From Pachysolen tannophilus NRRL Y-2460 (taxonomy: Eukaryota): 64,000 nt of DNA. The notes beneath the pieces were generated by a model. The model had not been told where the DNA came from, ran no database searches, and was given only the letters and a program-made list of their open reading frames with translations. The DNA is taken from assembly GCA_001661245.1 (NCBI GenBank), contig KV454011.1, forward strand, positions 1,390,724-1,454,723, given 5' to 3'. This document shows positions 21,778 through 32,764 of the stretch, piece after piece; within the stretch, counting starts at the first letter, position 1, and every line of letters starts with the position of its first letter. A program made the position numbers and the translations under genes.

Positions 21778-24126
21778 TTATATCATCATAAAATCATTAT
21801 CGTCAGCAATTATATCATTACTGGAATTCTCCGCTTTGATAGTACTATTCAAAGAAGTAGTGACCCCGTCAACACTATCTGATTTGCTTGACATGAAAAA
21901 CGACATGTCTAACACATCATTATCATCAACGTTATTGTCATTAATAATATTATTGTTATTGATTAAATTCTTACCAAACTCATTTATCAAATTAGAAGTA
22001 AAACTAGGCTTGGTATTTTTTTTAAGTTCATCCAAAGTAGTGCTAACTTTAGAAGAAATCTCATTTTTATCATATAGAAAAGCCTGTAATCCATCATAAT
22101 CTTCTTCTTTTTTAACCGTTAATGGTTGATTGACTACATTGTTCTCAAGCAGAATACCTTGACCCATATCACAAGTCGAACTACTGGTCTTCTTGTCTCT
22201 GGATTGAGATGCTAAGAAATCTTTTGCTTGAAAAACTTCGTAACAAACACAAGGAGTACCATTTGAGCAAAATCCACAAGGCTCAAAGTTCCTGGAAGTG
22301 ACACCGGTACCAATATTTTTAAAAATTAAATTACTGTTAACCTTACTGTTCTTGTTAAAATTTGCATTTGACAAGATTGAAGAAGAATTAGTAAAATCTA
22401 CTTCCATTGAATTTAATATTGAAGACGAATTTGGATTCACTGGTACTGAGGCCGATCTTTCCAATTTGACCACTGGAGAAACATTCTTATTCAAAGTTGA
22501 AGTGGATTGGATTTCATTTAAATTGTTAATATTATTATTATTATTATTGTTATTGTTGTTGTTGTTGTTGTTGTTACCAGTTAGCGTCACTAGAGTAGAA
22601 ATGGATTCGTTGCTAACATTTCTCTTTCCTAAACTGGCATTGCCCAATAATAAATCAGTACGTGTTAAATTGTCAACATTTAAGAAGTTTGCTGGGTCTG
22701 CATTATTAATATTAGATAATAACCCAACATTTGAAGTATAGCTAAATTCAGAATTGAATTTTTTCAATCTTTTAGATTTCAAATTGTAACTAATTCTTAT
22801 AGGATCAATAGAAGTATTGAAATCACCAAATGATAATTTGCGTCTATTAAAAAATTCATTTGAATTATCATTATTTGAAACGTTATTGGCAGGTGAATTT
22901 TCCCTTGATGATGAAATACTATTTTCCTTACTGAATGCTCCATTATTATCTAATTTAACAATTTTCAATAAATCGATTTCTCTATTTAACTTGTTAATAA
23001 TTTTTCTTAAATTTTCATTTTCTTCTGTAGCATTTTGTAATTGTAACTTTAATTCAATATTATTATTAGTTTTCATGTTCAAGTTTGAATGGATTTGGGA
23101 ATTAATATTCAAAGTTGATCCCTCAGGTGCAGCCCCTTCCGATGAAGATGTAGCTATTGATACTGCTGCAGCATCTGACCCAGTAGTTGCCAGATTTGTT
23201 ACCAGTTTTGATGACGCAGTTGATGACTGCATGGTATTAGTAGAAGCTGACCTTTTCATTGTTGATTTTGTATTTTTCCTTGATTTTTGAGAATTTTTAG
23301 TTTTTTGTACTGAAGTCATTGGTGACTTTGCATGACCTGTTTGTTTTTCATTATTAGAACAGTTATTACTAGCTGGATGACCATCAGTTGGTTTCCTACC
23401 AGGTCTAGGTCTTGGAGGTAAAACCCATTGTTTAGAAATATTAACACTGCTTTTCTCCGTACTGCCATTACTGACACTATTACTCGTAGCAATTGGAGTT
23501 GAATTTTTAGGCAATAACTGGATATGTTTCTTTGGAGCGATGGTAACTGGTTGTGGTTTAGGTTGAATATTGATTGGTTGTCTTTTCAGTTGTATAGGTT
23601 GTAAATGTCTTTGTTGAGTAATTATTTTTTCATGACTTGCAGGAGAAATAGACAGATTTATACCAGATGATTGTTCAACTTTAATCTTTTGTTCCTGGTC
23701 AATATTCTTAATTTCACCATCTCTACTGAGAATATTAGTTTCGTTGCCAACACCTGCATTAGCAACAGCAATAATTTTGGTGTTTCCACTTACCTCAGCG
23801 GTAACCGCGTTCACCCCAGTAGTAGTATTAGCATTAGTATTAGTTTTAACATTCCCGCTGTTGCTGTTATTGTTGTCAATACTAGTGCCCTTGGAGTAAG
23901 TACTACCCGAACCTGAAACAGCACATACCGGGATCTTAGGCCCATTTTCTTCTGATTTCACAACTTGGCCACTTTCATAACTCGCATTACTAGAACCATT
24001 ACTTTCTTTTTTATCAATCTGAAAAGTTTCATTAGCGCTATTCCCATTACCCGATGGTTGATTCTTACCACTATCACCGGTACTACTATTTGTAGTAACT
24101 ACTTGATATTGCATATGAGAATTCAT
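21778..24126 (-). CDS. Hap4/HapX-family CCAAT-complex regulator
   Basis: Hap4L motif SKQWVLPPRPRPGRKP, a coiled coil, and the Cys cluster CGFCSNGTPCVC. Confidence 0.85.
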   Translation of the reverse strand: MNSHMQYQVVTTNSSTGDSGKNQPSGNGNSANETFQIDKKESNGSSNASYESGQVVKSEENGPKIPVCAVSGSGSTYSKGTSIDNNNSNSGNVKTNTNANTTTGVNAVTAEVSGNTKIIAVANAGVGNETNILSRDGEIKNIDQEQKIKVEQSSGINLSISPASHEKIITQQRHLQPIQLKRQPINIQPKPQPVTIAPKKHIQLLPKNSTPIATSNSVSNGSTEKSSVNISKQWVLPPRPRPGRKPTDGHPASNNCSNNEKQTGHAKSPMTSVQKTKNSQKSRKNTKSTMKRSASTNTMQSSTASSKLVTNLATTGSDAAAVSIATSSSEGAAPEGSTLNINSQIHSNLNMKTNNNIELKLQLQNATEENENLRKIINKLNREIDLLKIVKLDNNGAFSKENSISSSRENSPANNVSNNDNSNEFFNRRKLSFGDFNTSIDPIRISYNLKSKRLKKFNSEFSYTSNVGLLSNINNADPANFLNVDNLTRTDLLLGNASLGKRNVSNESISTLVTLTGNNNNNNNNNNNNNNNINNLNEIQSTSTLNKNVSPVVKLERSASVPVNPNSSSILNSMEVDFTNSSSILSNANFNKNSKVNSNLIFKNIGTGVTSRNFEPCGFCSNGTPCVCYEVFQAKDFLASQSRDKKTSSSTCDMGQGILLENNVVNQPLTVKKEEDYDGLQAFLYDKNEISSKVSTTLDELKKNTKPSFTSNLINEFGKNLINNNNIINDNNVDDNDVLDMSFFMSSKSDSVDGVTTSLNSTIKAENSSNDIIADDNDFMMI

Positions 24127-24464
24127 GGTGAACCATTAGAACGGTCAAAGATATACATATATACACAAATATGTACATAGATAAGCAAACTATAATACTC
24201 TCTTATGAAAAAGTATTAAAGTATTAGAGAATGGTTAACCAAACCTCTTTGTTTTAATTATATATTTCAAAGTTTTCTTTTTTTTTTTCCTTTTTTTTTT
24301 TTTTTTTTTTCTTTTTACTTTTTACCGATGCGTCTTAGGGGAATTCGGGAAAAAAAAATAATAAAAAATAAAAATAAATAAATACTGAAAACATAACAAA
24401 CAAGAACAAGAAAGAGAAAGAGAAAGAGAAAGAGAAAAGAAAAAATCAGCAGCGGCAAGTAGAC

Positions 24465-24807
24465 ATGTCTTCATCAATAAAGCAAAGACAGTTGAGACAT
24501 CTTAATTCACAGTTTCAGACATTGGAAAAAAATTTGAATGATTTCAACTCATTGATTAAAATTACAAAATTACAAGCTGATTCTATAAGGAAATTAGGAT
24601 TGATACATGGATCATTGTAAGTATTAGTTTTTTTAATTTGATTCCAACTTTGATTCTAACGTTTGTTTTATTTCATATAGGTTGATGAGTGCAAATCGAG
24701 TATTTGAGAACGAAGAAGAAATTAAAAATAATCATAACACGAGTAATTTAGATTCAGAAAATAACGATGAACATAGTAGCAGCATCATGATGCCAGACGA
24801 GGAATAA
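24465..24807 (+). CDS. HSK3: DASH complex subunit Hsk3 (exons 24465-24616 and 24681-24807; 92 aa; absent from the ORF track)
   Basis: KQRQLRHLNSQFQTLEKNL...IRKLGLIHGS|LLMSANRVFE; 64-nt intron GTAAGT...TTCTAAC...TAG. Confidence 0.85.
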
Positions 24808-25611
24808 TTAACAACATAAACACATAGAGTTAAAAGAGAGAAAGAGAGAGAGTTTGTGTGTGTGTTTATGTGAAACCGGAGGGTTCCTAAGTGAGCTTAT
24901 ACTGTGTTTATACTGATCCTATATTATTAACCGCGTGTTTTTCTTTTAAAGACGAAAAAGAAAGAAAAACAAAAAAAAAAAGAAACAAGAAAAAAAGAAC
25001 AGGGTCCAGTTCAGTTTGATTCAGTTCAATTATATCACGCTCTAGCTAACTGGAATGGGAATTTTACTTTGCATCATCAAATCAACATAAAACTGCTATC
25101 GCTTCAGTCGTTTTGGATGATGCTTATTTAAAACCAATAATTTGGGTCAGATAATGGACCAAAATGATAAACAAACAAACCAAATTGGGAATATTGAGTC
25201 CATTTTAGGAAATTGAATTTTTATTTAACTACTAAAAAAAGTACTTTTTTTTTCAAACAGAAAGAGAGAGATTAATTTAATAAAAAAATATCAACTTTCT
25301 TTTGGTTCATCTAAAATATAATTACTTCTTCACACTACAGGACCAGTAACAAAATAAAGTCACCACACTTCAAACTTATTTGCATGTTTATATATATATA
25401 TATTTATATTTAGTTAATTGTAATAATATGGTTGTGTAAGGAAAAACTTATAGTCGTGCAAATAGAGTCGAATTTTATGATTTAAACTGATTTTTTCTCT
25501 TGTACGAAAAAGAAAAAATTCTTTTTTTTTTTTCACCAAAAGTAAAAAATATAAAAAATAGTCTGTTAATTCAGAGTTAATTAAATTTAATATTTCATCA
25601 TTATATAGAGA

Positions 25612-26032
25612 ATGTTTGGTCCTTTTAGGCAGAGTGCTGTTGCCTTGGGTGGTTTATTATGGTATGTGTTTATTTTCTTTGAGTCATTTGACTCATTTGG
25701 GTCAACTTGTATGTTTTTTTTTTTTACTAACGATATCATTTTTAAATAGGAAGAGACCATGGAGAATGTCAAATAATCAAAAATATAGATTAAGGAAAAG
25801 AATGCAATTAGTGGATCAAAATATAGAAAATTTGTATAAAGGGTTACTGGAAAATAATCTTTCATGTAAAGCAGTTGATTTTTTAAAAAATGAGTTCCCA
25901 AAAGAAAGTGAAATGTTACCTAAAAATAAATATACTGTATTTAATAAGACTTCAAGAAACTATAGAAAAGGTGTTCATTTGGTTCCTAAATGGACAAAGA
26001 AATCTTTAAGAGAAAATCCAGAATTTTTTTAA
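25612..26032 (+). CDS. MRPL31: Mitochondrial ribosomal protein L31 (mL60); exons 25612-25661 and 25750-26032
   Basis: MFGPF...LGGLLW|KRPWRMSNNQKYRLRKRM...RKGVHLVPKWTK; intron GTATGT...TACTAAC...TAG. Confidence 0.93.
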
Positions 26033-26274
26033 GATTAAAAGAAAGAAAAAAATCAGTGATTAATAACAGGTGTGGGAGAAGGATGAAGAAAGGAAAAGGA
26101 AAAGTAAGTGGAAGGCAATTTATAGTATTATTATCAGAAATAATCATGTACATAGATTTAAATTAAATTGAATTAAATTGAATACATAAAGCAAAAAAGA
26201 AAACACCATTAAAAAATTTGAAAACCAAGGTTGATAATATACAATAAAAAAAATAAAAAAAAAAATTTTAAGAA

Positions 26275-26913
26275 TTAAACTCTTTCCCAAATATAATTTG
26301 AAATGAAATAAGTACTATATTTATCATCAATATTTAATACATTTGTAGCATCTTCTTCTTTATTATATATTATAACTTTATCATTTTCTAAATTTGAAAT
26401 TTCTAAATCTTGAGAATTTTCATCTATATCAATTATTTTTTTATCAAAATGCATAATAATACCCATTTTTTTAAATAATTTTAATTTTAATAAAATTGAA
26501 TTAAAATTTTCAATTGAATCATCTTCTAAAATTTTTAATTCTTTATTATCTAATTCAATTTTCCTTTTTTTCAAATTTTCTAAATTTAATCGTAATAAAT
26601 TTAAATTAATTTCAAAATTATTTAAATTTTTAGCAATTTTAAAATTTAAATTATTTAATTTAAAAATTTCTTGTTTTATTTGATTTTTATTTTCAGAATT
26701 TTTTAACATTTCAATTTCAATATTTAAATCATCATATTCTAATGATAAATTTTTTAATAAATTTTTTTGTTCATCTATATTATCTAATTTTTTATTTTTT
26801 AATAATAACAAATTTTCATTAATTCTATCCAACGTAGTCAAATCAGGCTCTATTTCAAAATTCTGAATAGTCGATCTTATAAGATCTAATGGATTATCAT
26901 TATTAATATTCAT
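26275..26913 (-). CDS. SPC24: Ndc80 complex subunit Spc24
   Basis: PLDLIRSTIQNF, a long coiled coil, LKLKLFKKMGI, C-terminal KYSTYFISNYIW. Confidence 0.8.
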   Translation of the reverse strand: MNINNDNPLDLIRSTIQNFEIEPDLTTLDRINENLLLLKNKKLDNIDEQKNLLKNLSLEYDDLNIEIEMLKNSENKNQIKQEIFKLNNLNFKIAKNLNNFEINLNLLRLNLENLKKRKIELDNKELKILEDDSIENFNSILLKLKLFKKMGIIMHFDKKIIDIDENSQDLEISNLENDKVIIYNKEEDATNVLNIDDKYSTYFISNYIWERV

Positions 26914-27228
26914 CTTTTTCCGCAATTTAAATTAATTTAAATTAATTTAAATATTATATTATAAAACACATAAAGATATATTTTTATTGTTTACAGTTTT
27001 TTGTTTTGTTTAGATTCTTTTATATAAATAAAAATTTACAAATAAATAAGGTCGTGCGAGCTATTAACAAAAAAATTGTTTTTTTAATTTTTTGATTTTT
27101 TGTTTGGTGGAAAAAAAAAAAGAAACTAAAAAAAATTCATTTCATTCTTAGAACAAACAAGGGAAAAAAGAAAGAAAGAAAAAAAAAAGATAGAAAAGTA
27201 TTACAATATTATTATTAGTGGATCCACG

Positions 27229-27534
27229 ATGGTTGAACAAATAGGTTCTGATGATCCGCCAGTATGGCTTTTGACACCGAAAGAAGAAAAAGAAGCATTT
27301 GAAAATTGGAGAGTAAACACTTGGAAAAATTGTGATGATGAAGTTAGAGAATTTGCAGAGTGTGGGAAATTAGCAGGATATGGAGTTTGGTTTAAATGTA
27401 GAGATTCAAGTAAAAAAATGAAAGATTGTATTAAAAAACATCAAACTTCAGAATATGTTGATATTGAACGAGATTTAATTATTCAGCGAAAAATTAAAAA
27501 AAGACAAGAACAACAAAAATTAAATAATCAATAA
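27229..27534 (+). CDS. CMC1: Twin CX9C COX assembly protein Cmc1
   Basis: PVWLLTPKEEKE followed by two CX9C motifs. Confidence 0.85.
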   Translation: MVEQIGSDDPPVWLLTPKEEKEAFENWRVNTWKNCDDEVREFAECGKLAGYGVWFKCRDSSKKMKDCIKKHQTSEYVDIERDLIIQRKIKKRQEQQKLNNQ

Positions 27535-27610
27535 ATCAATCAAATCATATTTTTCTAATTTCGTTTCATTTTCATTTTTACTTCTATTTCTATTTCTATT
27601 CTCTAGAAAT

Positions 27611-27641
<31 letters not shown>

Positions 27642-27845
27642 GGTTGCTGAAATTTAATGACAAGTTTATAGTGAGAATTAATTATCTCTAATTAAGAGCT
27701 AGATTTTTCTTTTCTTTTCTTGTCTATCAACAACTATTTAAATTCATATTTAGGGTGGTGATGAAGCCTCTAAACAATTAATGATGCGTGTATATATTTA
27801 CAAAACAAAAATTTAAAATAGAAACACTAATAATATAAGCAGCGC

Positions 27846-27880
27846 AAGCAGTATTAAGCAGTATTAGGCAGTATTAAGCA
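27846..27880. repeat. 10-bp tandem repeat (AAGCAGTATT) x3.5
   Basis: Directly visible; one A>G variant. Confidence 0.85.
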
Positions 27881-28448
27881 ACACGAGAAGCAAATGAATA
27901 ATACTACTACTACTAAATATAAAGTTTTTTAATCACATTAAAATTAATCTAATACCATTCTAGGTAGTAGTGGTAGTAGTAATATCTTTTTTTATAAAAC
28001 ATTGAATTCTTAGTGGCTGCTTTATAGTATACAATTTACTCTATCTATATAATTGTCAAATTGGTAATTGTAGTTAAGGGTATCATATAGCCGTACATAA
28101 ATAATAATAATAATATATATTTAAAAGACACAAGCTAAACTTTAAATCTTTTTTCATAGTAATAATACCAATTCACTGCGGTTCCAATTCACTCATCTAG
28201 TGGCAAAGTGCACCACTTTTATCAGCAAATACCAAAGTCTAGATTTTGTTGCTTGATAACTATTAAGAAAAAAAAAGAAATCAGACTACTCTGACCGTAT
28301 TTTATTATTATTTTCTTAGTACCTTGGTACTTTCTTTGAAAGACCTATAAAATTATCCAATCAATTCAAAAGCCATGGTAATAGCCAAATTAATAAATAT
28401 TAATAATATCTAATAATGCAGTAGTACTAAGTACAAAGTAGGACTAAG

Positions 28449-28480
28449 TAGTACAAAATAGTACAAAATAGTACAAAATA
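28449..28480. repeat. 10-bp tandem repeat (TAGTACAAAA) x3
   Basis: Directly visible. Confidence 0.85.
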
Positions 28481-28976
28481 ATATGAAAAAGATCTTTCTT
28501 TTTTTTATTTTTTTTTTTTGCTGATCTCATCTCTTTTCCTGAATACAGCAATTTTATGCACAGTGAAAGTTACATTAAATTCTAGAATACGTACAGCCTT
28601 ATGTTAAATTGTTTTTACGTTAACCTTTTCTTTCCCACCTTGTTGTAATCAAAAAAGGTACATTTCTTGTTTATTACTTGAGTGATAAATTAATAATGTT
28701 TTAAGAGTCATTTTTAAAAAATATCTCATTAAGGCTGTTGTTGTTATCAATCAATTTTCTTTTTTTATTTTTTATTTTTTTTTTTGTTCCATCTCTTTCT
28801 CTCCAAATAAAAATCTTGCAGCCATAATAATTCATATAAAAAGAACTAAATAATTCATTTTATTTCCTTTCATAAATTTTTTTATTTTTTATTTTTTATT
28901 TTTAACAATTATCAAACAAAGAAATTTTATATTAATTAAATTCATATTATATTAAAAACAAATCTATATATTCATC

Positions 28977-29318
28977 ATGTCTTCATTTATTGATCGTTGG
29001 ATTAGCAGAGTTGGGGAATCAACTAATTCTGGTAGTAATTCGAGACCAAGAAATACAGGAAATTTTGTATCCTATCAAACAGTTAGTGTAAAGCCAACAG
29101 GTGATACACCAGTTTACGTTAATAGAAAAGACAATGAGATTAAAACTTCTCCAAATAACACCAATTTCCCAGTTCACTATTTCAGACAAGATTCAATTTC
29201 TGTATCAGACCAAAATCAAAATAACAAGATTGAAGATATGGATGCTTTGATGAATAAAGGTATTGGTGATTCAAGAAAGGGTAGCGTTGCAAGCACAGCT
29301 AGTGAAGAAAGTATCTAA
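28977..29318 (+). CDS. Small hydrophilic hypothetical protein (113 aa)
   Basis: ATG-started ORF with coding-like composition, upstream TATAAAA, and a PKA-type RKGS motif. Confidence 0.7.
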   Translation: MSSFIDRWISRVGESTNSGSNSRPRNTGNFVSYQTVSVKPTGDTPVYVNRKDNEIKTSPNNTNFPVHYFRQDSISVSDQNQNNKIEDMDALMNKGIGDSRKGSVASTASEESI

Positions 29319-30146
29319 CTTTTTTCTTAAAACACAATAAAAACAAAAAAAAAGCAAAAAAAATAAAATGAATGATTAATATTTATATTTACAAATTTTT
29401 TTAACAGGCAATCAATGGAAAAGGAGAGGGGAAATTAATCTTAATTCTAATTCTAAATTTTGGGGTACATTAACACTAGGTTTCAATTTTACATTTTTGT
29501 TTTTTTTTTTTTATTTATTTTTATTTTATTTTATTATTAGTAAATAATATATGCAATATAACTATTATTAATTAGGAGTCTTAAGTTGTAAATTCAATAA
29601 AATATTTTATAATATGATGAGAAATAAGTTTGCTTATAGATAATAGGCAGTGAAAGATATTAGATATTAGGACCCCACTTGTTTATCAGTTGATAAAGAA
29701 TAATTATGCAAAAATATGCAAGTGCAGATTTAAGAGTATCGCCCTCATCGCATACTTGCATTTGATCTCTCTGCACACCAATAATACCGTTAATGTCAAT
29801 TAAATAATACCCACGGATAGAAATACAAATGGGTATACAAGATCTTGGGTATTCACTTAATTCAATAACTCTTAGATTATCTAAATATATTGTTATATCT
29901 TGAGTAAAAAAATTTTAAGAAAATCTTTTTCCTTTTGTATGTTTTGTAGTTTTAACAGATTGGTTTTGTTACCATGTAAAATCCTGCAACATAATAAATT
30001 TTCTTGGGCAAAAAAAAAAAAAAAAAAAAAAGAAAGTTATTAGTGTCTTAGAAACTGTTTATAAGTTTTAAATCCTGGGTGATTTGGAAAATGTAACTAT
30101 GAAAATATATATATATATATAATCTAGCACCTTTGAAATTGAAGTA

Positions 30147-31313
30147 ATGGTAATGGCAGGTGGTGTTCTGAAGGAAAAGAAAAAAATAGTACTGGTGGTT
30201 TTTTTGAGCTTTCAAAAACTGTTAAGTTTGATTTTAGCTTTTTTGTTATTATTCACGAATTTTTTAAAAGTTGAATCTGCTCCTATTAATGAGACCTTAC
30301 TTATACTTAATACTACAAACATTAGCATTCATTATGATCAAAAGCATCCAGTTTCTAATTCCGTTTATGAAGAGTTAGTGGATTTGGCTAAGATTTGTTC
30401 TATTAGTTATTGTACTTCTACAAATGAGTTATATCCAGGAGATTTCGTTGATGCATGTCCTTTAAAAGAATGTGTTAATGGGAATCATAAAAATAGTAAA
30501 ATTATTAAAGTTTTTCAACCACCAGAAGAACAAAAAGGTCCAAGTGGATTTATTGGTATTAATCATGAAAAGAAAAAAATCTATATTGTATTTAGAGGCT
30601 CTGAAACTAATTCAGATTGGTTATCGAATTTAGATATCAAGCCAACAAAATATATTCCTCATGTGATTCAAAATTATAAAGTTGATAAAAAAAATATTGA
30701 ATTTAATTGTGAAAATTGCTTAGTACACAGGGGTTTTTATAAAAGTTTAAGTTTTTTCTTTGAAGATAGTTATAGTGATGTGCAAAAAATATCCCAGCAA
30801 TATCCAAATTATCAACTTGTAATCACCGGTCATTCTTTAGGTGGGGCTCTAGCAACATTAATGGCTGTAGAATATAAACTACTAGGCTTTAATCCATTGG
30901 CTGTAACTTTTGGAAGTCCAAAAGTGGCTGTTAATAATGCCATGTCAAAAGCTATTGACAATTTTTTGAAAACTTTGTTTAATTATAACAACTTATCAAA
31001 CATTGGAAATCTAGAATCAGGACTTTATAGAGTCATACATAAAGGTGATTTTGTCCCATTATTACCACCATCTTACAAGCACGTAGGAACTTTATTAACT
31101 ATAGATAAATTTTTATTTCCACATGAACAAAAAGATCTCAAAGCTGTTCTTCCAACTGAAGAAAATGAAGAGTCACTACCACCAGAATTAACAACTGAAA
31201 ATATCAATTCAGACTCTTGGAAAGAAAGTTACTTAAAATATTACTTATTTAGAGACCACAGAAACTACTTCATAAGGATTAGCGGATGTGTCGACAGAAC
31301 TACCGATAAATAG
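30147..31313 (+). CDS. Secreted class 3 lipase
   Basis: Hydrophobic signal region, VFRGS, VHRGF, nucleophile elbow TGHSLGGA, TFGSPK, HKGDFVPLLPP, catalytic His near HRNYF. Confidence 0.92.
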   Translation: MVMAGGVLKEKKKIVLVVFLSFQKLLSLILAFLLLFTNFLKVESAPINETLLILNTTNISIHYDQKHPVSNSVYEELVDLAKICSISYCTSTNELYPGDFVDACPLKECVNGNHKNSKIIKVFQPPEEQKGPSGFIGINHEKKKIYIVFRGSETNSDWLSNLDIKPTKYIPHVIQNYKVDKKNIEFNCENCLVHRGFYKSLSFFFEDSYSDVQKISQQYPNYQLVITGHSLGGALATLMAVEYKLLGFNPLAVTFGSPKVAVNNAMSKAIDNFLKTLFNYNNLSNIGNLESGLYRVIHKGDFVPLLPPSYKHVGTLLTIDKFLFPHEQKDLKAVLPTEENEESLPPELTTENINSDSWKESYLKYYLFRDHRNYFIRISGCVDRTTDK

Positions 31314-31560
31314 TTAATTATCAATAGATAAAAAAATGGAAATTGTTTTTTTTTTTTTTTGTATTCTGCAAGTTTATGCACGCGAAACAGCTTAATGTGT
31401 AATCAAAATGATTTTCAGAAAAAAGGTGAAGTTGAAAATCTTTTTCCTAATTTTGACCTGAAAAGACCTCATCTCATCTCATAATTATGGTCTTATTAAA
31501 AGAAAAAGAAACAAAAATTGTTCAATTTTACTAGGAATAATTCATTATATTGAACTGATA

Positions 31561-32666
31561 ATGCATTTACAATCAAATTCGGATGAAGCGCCAACAAGTC
31601 CACAACAAGGACCGTTGATTTCAGGGTTTCTTTTATTCACTTCTGGGATTACGTCAATTTTAGGGTATCTTTCACAATATGATTCAGCTTTAACTGGAAC
31701 ATATGGAGATAAGACATTAAATTTCTTACACTTCTTGGTAATCAGGATCTATATTGTGGCTTCAAGGCCTTTTAAAGGTATTCGTACTTTCTATTATTCA
31801 GACGCCTGTATTTATCCAATTAAAGTAAGTAAAATTATCACTATAAATTAACCGCCGTTAACAATAAAAATAATAGCAAATAAAAGTATACTTACTAACA
31901 CAAAAATTAGGGAATTCAATTTTATTGTCAACATCCAGAGTTATGGAGTTCTTTACAGGTCATTCTCCCACGGTTAGCAATTTCTTTTCTTGCCTATTTT
32001 TTCAGTTTTATTATTTTTTTACCTTCACAAATTGCAGTTTCTTTTATATTTGGAGGTCCATTTGGGTTTTGTTTTGCCATAATTAGTTGCATACAACATG
32101 GTCATTATTATTCGACATTCATCTCTGAAAATGTGTTACTTTACGAGCCAAGAGATTTAATTTTTGATAATACAATGATTATTTCCGGAAATAATGAAAT
32201 TGTCTTAAATGGTAGATTAAGAAGAATTATAAAAGTTCCATTTATTACTCGCTTGAGAAGATTTATATGGGGAATTCCATCAAATTTAGTTTTCATGCCA
32301 GTGGAAAAATCAAAATTGATTATACCGACTATTTATAATAGTGTACCAATATTAGGACCAATTATTTTGAAATTAAATAATGCCTCTGCTAAAGGGATGT
32401 CTTATCAAAAGAGGTATTTCAATTTGAAAAATTTGAAGAAATCTCAAATTGGTTTGCTTGGTAAGAAGAAAACTGGAAATTATGCTTCATTTGCATTTAC
32501 AGCTGCTATTTTAGAATCAATTCCTATCTTGGGATTTTTATTTGAATTGACCAACTCTGTTGGCGCAGCTTTGTGGTGTTGTGAATTAGAAAATAAGATG
32601 AAAGAGCTCGATTTCGAAGCAGATAGAACTGATACAATCAGAGGATTGGTTACCGTCATGATGTAA
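31561..32666 (+). CDS. RRT8/LDS-family (EI24-domain) membrane protein; exons 31561-31824 and 31911-32666 (339 aa)
   Basis: Splicing GTAAGT...TACTAAC...TAG gives YPIK|GIQFYCQHPELW; C-terminal ESIPILGFLFELTNSVGAALW. Adjacent to GSH2, as RRT8 is in S. cerevisiae. Confidence 0.8.
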
Positions 32667-32764
32667 AAAATTACCACTTGATAGATCTATCCATCTTTAT
32701 ATATATATATAATATATATGTTTGAATTGGCTACATAGTAATCAAAACCTTTAAAATTTTTTGA

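Noticed and set aside
27750..27840. GTGATGA box C-like motif
   Set aside because: No box D (CTGA) at a suitable distance and no rRNA guide seen.
27846..28480. Short direct repeats as a CRISPR-like array
   Set aside because: Eukaryotic DNA; 10-bp head-to-tail repeats with no spacers.
29715..29845. Inverted repeats ATGCAAGT/ACTTGCAT and ATACCCA/TGGGTAT as an H/ACA snoRNA
   Set aside because: Short stems, long spacing and no identifiable guide; compatible with chance in the lipase promoter.
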